Positions 45,890-54,735 of a stretch of DNA of 64,000 nucleotides are shown in pieces. The stretch comes from Thermoanaerobaculia bacterium. GTDB lineage: Bacteria > Acidobacteriota > Thermoanaerobaculia > Multivoradales > Multivoraceae. Each line of letters begins with the position of its first letter. Positions within the stretch are counted from its first letter, which is position 1. Position numbers and translations under genes: made by a program. The stretch spans positions 32,001-96,000 of the forward strand of contig OY762911.1 of NCBI GenBank assembly GCA_963666565.1. The letters are read 5' to 3'. A model generated the notes under the pieces. That model searched no databases. It was given only the letters and a program-made list of their open reading frames with translations, and was not told the origin of the DNA.

Positions 45890-47533
45890 CTACTCCTCTG
45901 CCTCGCCGCCGGCCCCCGCCGGGAACAACACGTTGGCGGCGCCCGGGAAGCGGGCGCCCAGTTCCCGCATGATCTGCCGGGCTTCCTCCTCGGTCACTCT
46001 GCACAGGTCCGATGCCCAGAATCCGGTGACCGCAGCGTAGCCGAAGCCGGCGCGCCGGATGTCGGCGACACCCTGGCGGAACGCTTCCTCGTTCCAGTCC
46101 TGGCGCGCCCCGTCGAGCATCCGCGTCGACCTGAGTGCATGGTCGAGTGCGTCCTGGGGCAGCTCGCCGGGAACGCCCACGTACATCCTGAACATCGCGG
46201 CGTAGACGACGCCGCGGACGTAGGAGACCTTCCACGTCCACTCCTCCGAAGGCGGCGAAACCTCGAAGTCCGGACGAGCGTGCAGCATCCAGTTCTCGAT
46301 GAACGGCGGAATGAGGGAGACGTCGGGAGCACTGTCGGGAAGGCTCCACTGATTCGACGCGACCACTACGGAGACGTCCAGGTCGGGCCACCCCCAACCG
46401 TCGGTACGCCAGCCGAACATGTGACCGCCGGCGTGACTGAAGGACATGGTCGGCTGACCATGGTCGCGCAGCAGCCAGACCAGACCCAGATCGAGCCCCG
46501 GTCCCAGCTCGCCGTGCCGGGGAGTCAGCATCTGCTCGGCGGTTTCGGCCTCGAGGACCTGGTAGTCGTTGTAACGCCCGCCGGCGAGCATGGCCATGAG
46601 CAGGCGCAGGTGGTCGGCCGGCTTCGCCAGCACGCCGCCGGCGGGATAGTGGCTGAAGTAGAGCGGGATCGTGGGGATCAGGGCCCCGCCCATCCGTGCA
46701 TGGCCGGTGCTCATCTGCTCCCAGATCTCGGGGCGCACGTAGTCCCGGTGCTGCGCGGGCGGATACTGGGACGACTCCATGCCCAGTGGATCCATGACGT
46801 GCTTCTGGACGTAGTCCGCAAACGAAAGCCCTTCCGGATTGACCGTCTCCACGATCAGGCCGAGCGTGGCCAGACCCGGGTTCGAGTAGTTGTAGCGCTC
46901 GCCGACCCGCGCGACCCAGAATGGGGTCACGCCGCCGCCGACGGGGCTCACATCGGAGTCGAAGCTCTCCTGGAGTGCTTGCGCGAGGGGCATCGGCTTG
47001 TCCCAGACGCCCATGGCGCCGCCGCTGGAGATCCCCGAGCGATGGGTCAGCAGGTCGTGCACGGTGATGTCGCGCTCACCCAGCGGGTTGGACACCTCGA
47101 AGGGCAGGTGCTCGTTGATCGCATCGTCGAGCGAGAGGATCCCGAGATCCACAAGCTGCATGACGGCGGTGGCGGTGTACGTCTTGCCCAGCGAACCGGA
47201 GTGGTAGACGGTCTCCGGAGTCATCGGCTTCTCGCTTGCGGCATCCGCGTAGCCGAAACCGGCCTCCCAGATGAGCCTTCCCTTGTAGCCCAGGGCGAGA
47301 TTGAGCCCGGGGGTGCCCTGGGCTCGCACGACGTGCGGCACGAAGTCGCGCAGGGCGTCGATCAACTGCAACTCGAAGGGGCGCTCCGTGTGCACCGTCT
47401 CGGCGATCGGGACCGACCGTTCGGCCTGAGCCTCCGCGGCCACGGTCAGACTCGAACCCAGGAGGACCGACGCCAGGAAGACCTCACGGACGCGTGGTCC
47501 GGCGACGATCCGGATAGAGCGGTGAACGTCCAT
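45890..47533 (-). CDS. Serine hydrolase (beta-lactamase family), secreted
   Basis: GSLGK, LLTHRSG, YNYSN, HAG. Confidence 0.88.
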   Translation of the reverse strand: MDVHRSIRIVAGPRVREVFLASVLLGSSLTVAAEAQAERSVPIAETVHTERPFELQLIDALRDFVPHVVRAQGTPGLNLALGYKGRLIWEAGFGYADAASEKPMTPETVYHSGSLGKTYTATAVMQLVDLGILSLDDAINEHLPFEVSNPLGERDITVHDLLTHRSGISSGGAMGVWDKPMPLAQALQESFDSDVSPVGGGVTPFWVARVGERYNYSNPGLATLGLIVETVNPEGLSFADYVQKHVMDPLGMESSQYPPAQHRDYVRPEIWEQMSTGHARMGGALIPTIPLYFSHYPAGGVLAKPADHLRLLMAMLAGGRYNDYQVLEAETAEQMLTPRHGELGPGLDLGLVWLLRDHGQPTMSFSHAGGHMFGWRTDGWGWPDLDVSVVVASNQWSLPDSAPDVSLIPPFIENWMLHARPDFEVSPPSEEWTWKVSYVRGVVYAAMFRMYVGVPGELPQDALDHALRSTRMLDGARQDWNEEAFRQGVADIRRAGFGYAAVTGFWASDLCRVTEEEARQIMRELGARFPGAANVLFPAGAGGEAEE

Positions 47534-47535
47534 TC

Positions 47536-48789
47536 TCAGGCTCCTTCCCTGGAAGGGAGAATTCGGACGCCGCGATGGCCGGCAACGTCGACGTAGCCCG
47601 CCCTGTCCACCCGGCCGTTCAGGTTCTGGCTCGTGCAGCCGTGATCGACGTAGTCCACGACCTCCCGGCCCTCGGGTGACTCCGGATCGACCGCGCGCAC
47701 CGCGCCTTCCGGATTCAGCCGGCACGGCACGAAGCCGAACTCGGAGGGCGTCCCCTCCGCGAGCTTGACGTAACCCAGCGCGGTCATCCGGGCCTCGGGA
47801 TGAAGCGGCATCAGCGGCCAGCCCCTGCGCGGCGCCACGCCGTAGTAGTCCGCATCGTCGTCGAGGACCGGCATGGCGGCCACCATCTCCTCCGGCCAGC
47901 GGTCCAGCCGGACGTCGAAGACGAAGTGGCCGAGTCCGTAGAACACCGGCCGGTCGCGGTACCACTCCATGCCGCGCAACACGTGCTGGTGATGGCCGAC
48001 CACGATGTCGACGCCCTGGTCGATGCACAGGCGGGCGGTGCGCAGCTCGTGGTCGGTCAGGTGGTGGGCCTTGAAGTGGTCGCCCCAGTGGAAGCTGGCC
48101 ACCACCAGGTCCGCCTGCTCGCGGGCGGCCGCGATGTCGGCCTCCAGGTTCTCGTGGTCCGTCCTGTCGGGCACGGTCGAGACCCGCGGGTCGGCTCCCG
48201 GCGTGTAGTAGTCGTCGACCAGGTCCTGGTAGAAGTTGTGAGCCCTGAGCGGCGCCAGTCCGGCCAGGCTGCCCCGCGCCTCGTAGCCGCGGGGGAAGAC
48301 CGAGGCGTAGGCGAGGTAGGCGACCTTCACGCTGCCGGCATCGAGGATCGCGGGAGCGCGGGCCTCTTCGAGGCTGCCGCCGGCACCGCAGGTCTTGACG
48401 CCCTGCTCGTTCAGGCGCTGCCGGTTCTCGAGCATCGCCTCGCGCCCCCCGTCGAGGATGTGGTTGTTGGCCAACGACAGCACGTCGAAGCCGACCCGGC
48501 TCAGGACGTCGAGATTGCGCGCGGGCGGGACGAGGGCCGCCCCGGCGCTGGGCACCGATCGGGGATTGTCGGAGTACGGCCCCTCCAGGTTGCCGAACAG
48601 CACGTCCGGCGCGGCGAGCAGATCGCGCACCGGCGCGTAGGCCTCGTCCGGATCGTCGCGGTCGGTGAGCAGGTCGCCGACGAAGCCGAGGAGTACGTCG
48701 CCGTCGGCAGCACGGATTGCAGAAGGGCCGCCGACCAGGGCGACGACGCCGGCCGCGGCGCCCGATCTGAGGAGTTGTCGTCGGTTCAC
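47536..48789 (-). CDS. CapA/PGA_cap-family metallophosphoesterase-fold protein, Tat-exported
   Basis: NRRQLL, VGD, GNLE, LANNH, HWG, GHHQH, YGLGHF. Confidence 0.9.
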   Translation of the reverse strand: MNRRQLLRSGAAAGVVALVGGPSAIRAADGDVLLGFVGDLLTDRDDPDEAYAPVRDLLAAPDVLFGNLEGPYSDNPRSVPSAGAALVPPARNLDVLSRVGFDVLSLANNHILDGGREAMLENRQRLNEQGVKTCGAGGSLEEARAPAILDAGSVKVAYLAYASVFPRGYEARGSLAGLAPLRAHNFYQDLVDDYYTPGADPRVSTVPDRTDHENLEADIAAAREQADLVVASFHWGDHFKAHHLTDHELRTARLCIDQGVDIVVGHHQHVLRGMEWYRDRPVFYGLGHFVFDVRLDRWPEEMVAAMPVLDDDADYYGVAPRRGWPLMPLHPEARMTALGYVKLAEGTPSEFGFVPCRLNPEGAVRAVDPESPEGREVVDYVDHGCTSQNLNGRVDRAGYVDVAGHRGVRILPSREGA

Positions 48790-48914
48790 GTTCGCACCTC
48801 CAGCGGTCCGTGGTCGATCCACTCGCCGCCGCCCGGCCCGCCGTAGACGTCGCCGAAGTCGGCGGTCTCCCGGAAGAAGACCGGGAAGGGAATGCGGCCG
48901 TAGGGCTCGATCAT
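48786..48914 (-). CDS. 42-aa hypothetical peptide coupled to the CapA gene
   Basis: MIEPYGRIPFPVFFRETADFGDVYGGPGGGEWIDHGPLEVRT; GC-biased third positions; GTGA overlap. Confidence 0.4.
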   Translation of the reverse strand: MIEPYGRIPFPVFFRETADFGDVYGGPGGGEWIDHGPLEVRT

Positions 48915-48957
48915 GGCGTTTCGCGCCGGATGCCGGCGGGGACGCCGGCGCACCCAG
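48914..48957. repeat. REP-like family B
   Basis: TGGCGTTTCGCGCCGGATGCCGGCGGGGACGCCGGCGCACCCAG. Confidence 0.7.
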
Positions 48958-49006
48958 GTTCTGCCGCGCAAGCTCATGGGGTGCAGATGTTACGTTCGTT
49001 GGCCGC

Positions 49007-49885
49007 ATGAAGTCCTCCCCCGCGGCGCGGCTGCGCGCCCTCATCGACGCTCCCGGGCTCCGGGTGATGCCCTGCTGCTTCGACGCGCTCTCCGCCCGGC
49101 TCATCGAGCAGGCGGGATTCGAGCTGACCTTCATGAGCGGGTTCGCCGTCTCCGCCAGCCGCCTGGGCATGCCGGACACGGGTCTTATCTCCTTCGGCGA
49201 GATGATCGACCAGGGCCGCAACATCTGCGCGGCCACCCGGCTGCCGGTGATCGGCGACGGCGACACCGGCTACGGCAACGCCCTGAACGTCAAACGCACG
49301 GTCAGAAGCTACGCCGCCGCCGGCTTCGCGGGCGTGATGATCGAGGACCAGGAGGCGCCCAAGCGGTGCGGACACACGCGGGGCAAGCGGGTCGTCTCCC
49401 GCGCCGAGGCCCTGTCGCGGATCCGCGCCGCGGTCGACGCGCGCGAGGAAGGCGCGGACATCCTGGTCATGGCCCGCACCGACGCTCGCGCCACCGACGG
49501 ACTCGACAAGGCCATCGCCCGTTGCCGGGCCTTCGCCGACCTCGGCGCGGACATCCTCTTCCTCGAAGGTCCGCGGTCCGAGAGCGAGATGGTCGCGTTC
49601 TGCGAGGCGGTCCCCGGCCCGAAGATGGCGAATCTGGTCGAGGGAGGCGACACGCCGCTCCTGCCACCCAAGCGGCTCGAAGAGATCGGCTACAGGATCG
49701 CGGCCTACCCGCTGACGCTTCTCTCCGCCACCACCGCGGCGATGCTCGAAGCACTTGAGGCGCTGGCGAGAGGAGACCAGCCCGTGAACGCCGTGGACTT
49801 CGAGCGTCTTCGCGCCATCGTCGGATTCGAGGACTACGACGCCGAGGCCGAGCGCTATCGCGTGGCGGATGAGGGAGACCGATGA
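49007..49885 (+). CDS. Isocitrate lyase/PEP mutase family enzyme (PrpB-like)
   Basis: DALSARL, DGDTGYG, IEDQ, KRCGH, ARTDA. Confidence 0.92.
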   Translation: MKSSPAARLRALIDAPGLRVMPCCFDALSARLIEQAGFELTFMSGFAVSASRLGMPDTGLISFGEMIDQGRNICAATRLPVIGDGDTGYGNALNVKRTVRSYAAAGFAGVMIEDQEAPKRCGHTRGKRVVSRAEALSRIRAAVDAREEGADILVMARTDARATDGLDKAIARCRAFADLGADILFLEGPRSESEMVAFCEAVPGPKMANLVEGGDTPLLPPKRLEEIGYRIAAYPLTLLSATTAAMLEALEALARGDQPVNAVDFERLRAIVGFEDYDAEAERYRVADEGDR

Positions 49886-49892
49886 CCGGCCG

Positions 49893-51131
49893 CTATCCGT
49901 CGGCCGCAATCGTCTGTCGCTGAATGAAGCGGTCGAGCAGGGGAACCGCGAACGAGTAGCGGCCGTGGCGGTTCCTGAACACCAGCCCCTGCGCGGCGAG
50001 ATTCGAGAGCATCTGGTTGACGTGACTGGCGCTGAACGGCTTCGAGAGGGCCGCGGATCCCTGGACGATGCCCCGCACGCTGAACTCGCCATCGCTATGG
50101 TCGAGGTGGGCGACCACCCACAACAGTTCCCGTTGGCGATCCGTCAGTCGAGACCAGCGGCCCGAGAAGAAATCGGCGTCCAGTTTCTGCTCGATCTCCG
50201 CCACCGGCACCGACGCGGTCTCGCCCCGGTCCGCTCGCTGCGTGAACACGTCGTACACCTCGCGGCAAATGAACTGAATGAAGTAGGGATAGCCTCCCGA
50301 CATCCGGACGATCGTGCGCACCGAGTCGTCGGTGAGCCGGAGGGGACAGCGGGCGTCGGAGACGGGCCTGAGGATTGCCTCTTCGCTTTCCGCTTCGCTC
50401 AGGCGGTCCAGGAAACGGACCCGGAACATTCGCTCGGCATACGTTCGCGAGGCGACCAGCTTCGGGAAGAGCGTCGGAAGTCCGACCAGCACCAGCATCA
50501 GCGGCAAACCCTGCCGCTGCAGCGACTGAAAGCAGTCCAGCAGCAGGGCCACCGGAAACTCCTCGTGCCGCGGCTGATCCGACAGATTCTGGGCCTCGTC
50601 GTAGGCGAAGACGATACCCCTCGGCTTCGACGGCGCGGCGGAAACGGCTCTCCAGGTCGCTCGCAGCACCGTCTTCAGCCGGTCGACAGACAAACCCGGA
50701 CTCTCCCGATAGAGACGGCGGAGCGTCTGGTAGTCGAGACGCCGCTCGACCGTGACCTCCCGCCCGCCGAATCCGGGTTCCTGCCGGCGCTCGACCGTCG
50801 CCGCGAAGCCGGACGTGAAGGGAGCGAGGTCCGTGCACAGGCGCACCGCCAGGCGATCCTCCCGCAGGCTCGCGGACTCGGAAAGGTCGGCGCCCACCCA
50901 CAACCAGTCGGCCGCGCGGGCCAGCGGCCGGAGAGTCTCCAGCAGCACAGTCTTCCCTACTCCGCGAAGGCCGGTGACGATGAGGTTCTCGAAGACCGGG
51001 TCTTGTCCCAACAGCCGCTCGAACTCCTGCTGCTCCTCCGTCCGGCCGGCGAGCCACGGCGGCAGGTGACCGGCGCCCGGGCGAAACGGGTTCAGGAAGG
51101 AGTTTGCACTCGTCTGGCTTGATTTAGACAC
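49893..51131 (-). CDS. AAA-family ATP-binding protein with C-terminal wHTH
   Basis: NPFRPGAG, TGLRGVGKT, DEAQ, GGYPYFIQ. Confidence 0.88.
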   Translation of the reverse strand: MSKSSQTSANSFLNPFRPGAGHLPPWLAGRTEEQQEFERLLGQDPVFENLIVTGLRGVGKTVLLETLRPLARAADWLWVGADLSESASLREDRLAVRLCTDLAPFTSGFAATVERRQEPGFGGREVTVERRLDYQTLRRLYRESPGLSVDRLKTVLRATWRAVSAAPSKPRGIVFAYDEAQNLSDQPRHEEFPVALLLDCFQSLQRQGLPLMLVLVGLPTLFPKLVASRTYAERMFRVRFLDRLSEAESEEAILRPVSDARCPLRLTDDSVRTIVRMSGGYPYFIQFICREVYDVFTQRADRGETASVPVAEIEQKLDADFFSGRWSRLTDRQRELLWVVAHLDHSDGEFSVRGIVQGSAALSKPFSASHVNQMLSNLAAQGLVFRNRHGRYSFAVPLLDRFIQRQTIAADG

Positions 51132-51230
51132 GGGGATAATGTTAGTGAGGCGGCGATGGACGTGTCAATTCGGCGGGCGGCTCCGCTCCTCCAGCGGCGA
51201 CGAACGGGAGACCGCTCGCGTCTGTCACGC

Positions 51231-51572
51231 TCAGTTCGGCGCTGTTTCAATGCCGAGCGCCGTTGCGAGGGCCTCGTCCACCTCGGTCATTCTGGCGTGC
51301 GGCAGATCGCCCACGAAGCCGGTGAGCTTCGACTTGAGCATCAAGGTCAGGAAGTCGCAGCGGACCGAGCAGTCCGCTGGCAGGCCGTCGGCGGGTCCCA
51401 GTGCCACTTCGGTCGACAGGCCGAGGTACTGCCGGTAGATCGGAGCACAGACCACCGTGGAGACGTCCTCGTTCCCGGCGATGAAGGCGCGGGACACGAC
51501 GACATAGAAGCCTGGCTTGCCACCCCTCTCAGGCAGTCGTTCCCGGGTCCGGTAGATGGCGCCTCGCTTCAA
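51231..51572 (-). CDS. MazF/PemK-family toxin
   Basis: KRGAIY, YVVVSR, VVCAPI, DGLPADCSVRCD; TTGA overlap. Confidence 0.82.
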   Translation of the reverse strand: MKRGAIYRTRERLPERGGKPGFYVVVSRAFIAGNEDVSTVVCAPIYRQYLGLSTEVALGPADGLPADCSVRCDFLTLMLKSKLTGFVGDLPHARMTEVDEALATALGIETAPN

Positions 51573-51805
51573 GGCGGTGCCTGTTCGGCAACGAGGGCTG
51601 TCAGTTCGGCCGCCAGAGACTCCTTGTGCTCCTGGATGATCCGCCGCTCACGATCCTCCTCGCGCAGGCGTCGCTCACGCGCCACATGTCCGGCCAGCGC
51701 GGCTCTGACCAGAGCAGAACGACTGGAGTAACGGTCGGACGACGCCGTCAGCTCGTCCACGCGGTCCAGGGTCTCTTCGTCGATGGTCACTGCAATGGTC
51801 TTCAT
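51569..51805 (-). CDS. Ribbon-helix-helix (CopG) antitoxin
   Basis: MKTIAVTIDEETLDRVD...SRSALVRAAL. Confidence 0.85.
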   Translation of the reverse strand: MKTIAVTIDEETLDRVDELTASSDRYSSRSALVRAALAGHVARERRLREEDRERRIIQEHKESLAAELTALVAEQAPP

Positions 51806-51880
51806 ATTGGAGACAGTATTGGACGAGAAGCGATGGAGTCAATACCCGGGCACCCGTCCCTGCGAGTAGCATCCGCGTCC

Positions 51881-53232
51881 ATGTCTGACGCCCCCGGACT
51901 CCTTGCCCCCCGGTCGGGATTCTCGACAACCGTTCCAGGGGAGCAGCCGGCGACTTCCTCAAGGCCCACTTGAAGGACGGCACCGAGCTCTCGGTGGTGT
52001 CCGCCTACTTCACGATCAGCGCCTACGAGGCGCTGAGAGAGGAACTGGAACGCGTCGAGGGGATGCGGTTCCTCTACGGTGCACCGCAACACCTGCGGGC
52101 CTTGGCGCGGGACAAACGGCCGGCAAGGGCCTTCGGGCTGACGGAACGGGGTCTCGCGCCCAGTCGGCAACTCACGCAGCGCGCCGACGCCAAGCGCTGC
52201 GCCGCCTGGATCCGTCGCAAGGCCGAGATCCGCTCGGTCAAAGACGACCTGCTGCACGGCAAGCTCTTCCACGTCCAAGGCACCCGGGCGGACGCCCTGA
52301 TTGGCAGCTCGAACTTCACCCTTCCCGGGCTCGGTCTCCACGAACGGAAGAACGTCGAGTTGAATCTCGTGGTCGACAGTGACCGGGATCGCAACGACCT
52401 CCTCGCGTGGTTCGAGGAATGGTGGACCGACGACCAGCGAACCGAGGACGTGAAGGACCGCGTGCTGCGCGAGCTGGAACTTCTTCACCGCAACCACTCG
52501 CCCGCGTTCATCTACCTGAGCTTGACCCTCTTCCACATCTTCGGCGCGGAACTGGCCGACCTCGCCGGAACGGACGAGGATGTCGACCGACGCGGTCTGG
52601 GTCGGTCCGAGATCTGGCGCTCGCTCTTCGAGTTCCAGCGAGAGGCCGTGAAGATCGTCATCGATCGGGTGAAACGGCTGAACGGCTGCATCCTCGCGGA
52701 CAGCGTCGGCCTCGGGCTGCCCGGCAACCCGTTGCTGGCCGAGCCGATGTACCTGCTCCGCTACATCGAGAAGATGGGTACCGGGATCGTCGACATGATC
52801 CGGCGCTGCGCCGAGGCGGGTCTGCCCGAACCCGAGTTCGATGTCGGCGTGGGGTTCGCCGTACGGATATGGCGACCAGGCGGCGCAACGACTCGCGGAG
52901 CGAGTTCAACGGCCCGAGGCGCTACCCCGAAGTCTGGCCGGACTACCCGGAAGACCGGCGAAACTACCCAAGAAACGAGGCCGACCACCCAAGAGACTAC
53001 CCAGGAAACGGCCCCGACTACCCAAGAAACTACCCAAGAAACGGCCCCGACTACCCAAAAGACCGTACGGGACCAGATCCTGGACCACCTGAAGGCTGAG
53101 CCCGGGCTGACCCGGAAGGAGCTCGTCGACCTGACGCCGGACGGAGTGAAGTACCACCTGGACAACCTGAGAGCGGCCGGAGCCATCCGCCGCGTCGGCT
53201 CAACGAAAGCGGGCCGCTGGGAGGTCCTCTGA
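51881..53232 (+). pseudogene. Chimera: PLD-nuclease/SNF2-helicase N-terminus fused to a RecG-C-like/wHTH C-terminus; 5' frameshift
   Basis: SAYF, LHGK...GSSNFT, NVELN; ILADSVGLG breaks off before KT and joins PGNPLLAEPMYLLRYIEKMGTGI. Confidence 0.72.
52921..53063 (+). repeat. In-frame low-complexity repeats (TTQE/TAP)
   Basis: ACTACCCAAGAA units interleaved with ACGGCCCCG. Confidence 0.8.
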
Positions 53233-53258
53233 TCGGCGCGGGCCGGTCGACGCCGCCC

Positions 53259-54659
53259 TCAGTCCACCTCCCACTTTCCCGCCTCCTCCATCGCCTTCCG
53301 GTACGCCGACAGGCAGTACCAGAACAGGAGCGCGCCCGCCGGCTTGAAGATCGCCTGCATCGTGGCGAGCGAGTAGTGGACCTTGCCGTCGTCCTGGAAG
53401 AGGAAATCGGTGAAGGCGGCCAGCGTGCTGGTGCCGAAGGCCATGCCGATGAAGCTGGTCAGGAAGATGTAGAAGGCCGTGGCCTGGCCGCGCATCTGGT
53501 TGGGCGTGATCGGCTGGAACGCGGCCGCCATCACGCCGAGGTAGGCGCCCGAGAAGATCATCCCGGGGATCAGCACCAGCAGGGTGAGCGTCGCGCTGCC
53601 CACCAGCGGCGCCGCGACCGAGGGCGGCGTGGCGATCAGGGTCGTGGCCAGCAGGGTGCGCACGTAGGCGTCCTTGTAGCCGCGTGCCGCGAGGCGGTTG
53701 GCGATCCAGGGCGCGACCATGATGCCGACGACCCCGGTGACGATCAAGATCGTCCCGTAGCTCGTTCCGGCGTCCCCGCGGCTCAGGCCGTAGTTGCGGA
53801 CGAGGAACTCCGGGTACCACGCGGCGGAACCGTAGCCGGCCATCGCCAGCATGGACGAGCCGATGAAGAGCGGCAGGTAGACGCGCTTGCGCTCCCAGAT
53901 GAACCTGACGAACTCGGAAACCGGCAGACGCTCCCGTCCGCTCCGTGAAACCGCCATCTCCTTGCGCTGCGGCTCGACCATCGTGAGCAGCAGGAGCGCC
54001 AGCAGAACCCCGGGCAGGCCGACCGTCACCAGGGTCGCCTGCCAGGGTTGCAGCGTGCCGATGACCGGCAGGTCGATCGGACCGATGCGTGTGTAGTAGT
54101 CGATCAGCAGGCCGCCGATCACCAGGGCGAAGCCGCCGCCGACCCGCACGCCCGTCTTGTAGAAGGACATCGCGTAGCCGAAGTGGGCCGGGCGGTAGCT
54201 GTCGGTGATGATCGAGTAGGCGGGCGGAGCGAGCCCGGCCTCGCCGGCGCCGACCGCCATCCTCGAAGCGAAGAGTTGCGACACGCTGTTGGCCAGGCCG
54301 CCCGCCGCCGTCGCCAGGCTCCAGAAGGCGACGCTGGCGGCGACGATGACCCTGCGCGAGTAGTGGTCGGCGAGCCGGCCCAGGGGAAAGCTGGCGAAGC
54401 TGTACACCAGCGCGAACGCGGCGCCGGCAAGCAGGCTGTACTGGAAGTCGGTGATCCCGAACTGCTCCCGGATCGGGCCGACCAGGAGGGAGAGGATGTT
54501 GCGGTCGAGAAACGACAGCACGTAGGCGAGGAACAGGAGGACGACGCCGTAGTTGGCGGCGCCCAGGGACGGGTAGCCGGCGTCACGGTCCGCGACCGCG
54601 GCGGCGCCGGCGGAGCTTCCACCGCCGCTCCCGCCGGTCGTTCCCGTCTCGACGGTCAC
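53259..54659 (-). CDS. MFS transporter (spinster-like)
   Basis: LSFLDRNILSLL, GRLADHYSRR, GAGEAGLAP. Confidence 0.92.
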   Translation of the reverse strand: MTVETGTTGGSGGGSSAGAAAVADRDAGYPSLGAANYGVVLLFLAYVLSFLDRNILSLLVGPIREQFGITDFQYSLLAGAAFALVYSFASFPLGRLADHYSRRVIVAASVAFWSLATAAGGLANSVSQLFASRMAVGAGEAGLAPPAYSIITDSYRPAHFGYAMSFYKTGVRVGGGFALVIGGLLIDYYTRIGPIDLPVIGTLQPWQATLVTVGLPGVLLALLLLTMVEPQRKEMAVSRSGRERLPVSEFVRFIWERKRVYLPLFIGSSMLAMAGYGSAAWYPEFLVRNYGLSRGDAGTSYGTILIVTGVVGIMVAPWIANRLAARGYKDAYVRTLLATTLIATPPSVAAPLVGSATLTLLVLIPGMIFSGAYLGVMAAAFQPITPNQMRGQATAFYIFLTSFIGMAFGTSTLAAFTDFLFQDDGKVHYSLATMQAIFKPAGALLFWYCLSAYRKAMEEAGKWEVD

Positions 54660-54735
54660 CGGATCGGGCCGGCGCCCCTCGCCCCTCGCGCCGGTCGCCG
54701 AGGGCAGGAAAGCGCCAGGAGGCCGCCACAGTCGA

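Noticed and set aside
47536-48789. Poly-gamma-glutamate capsule biosynthesis locus
   Set aside because: No capB/capC (pgsB/pgsC) homologues nearby; stand-alone CapA-domain proteins are common.
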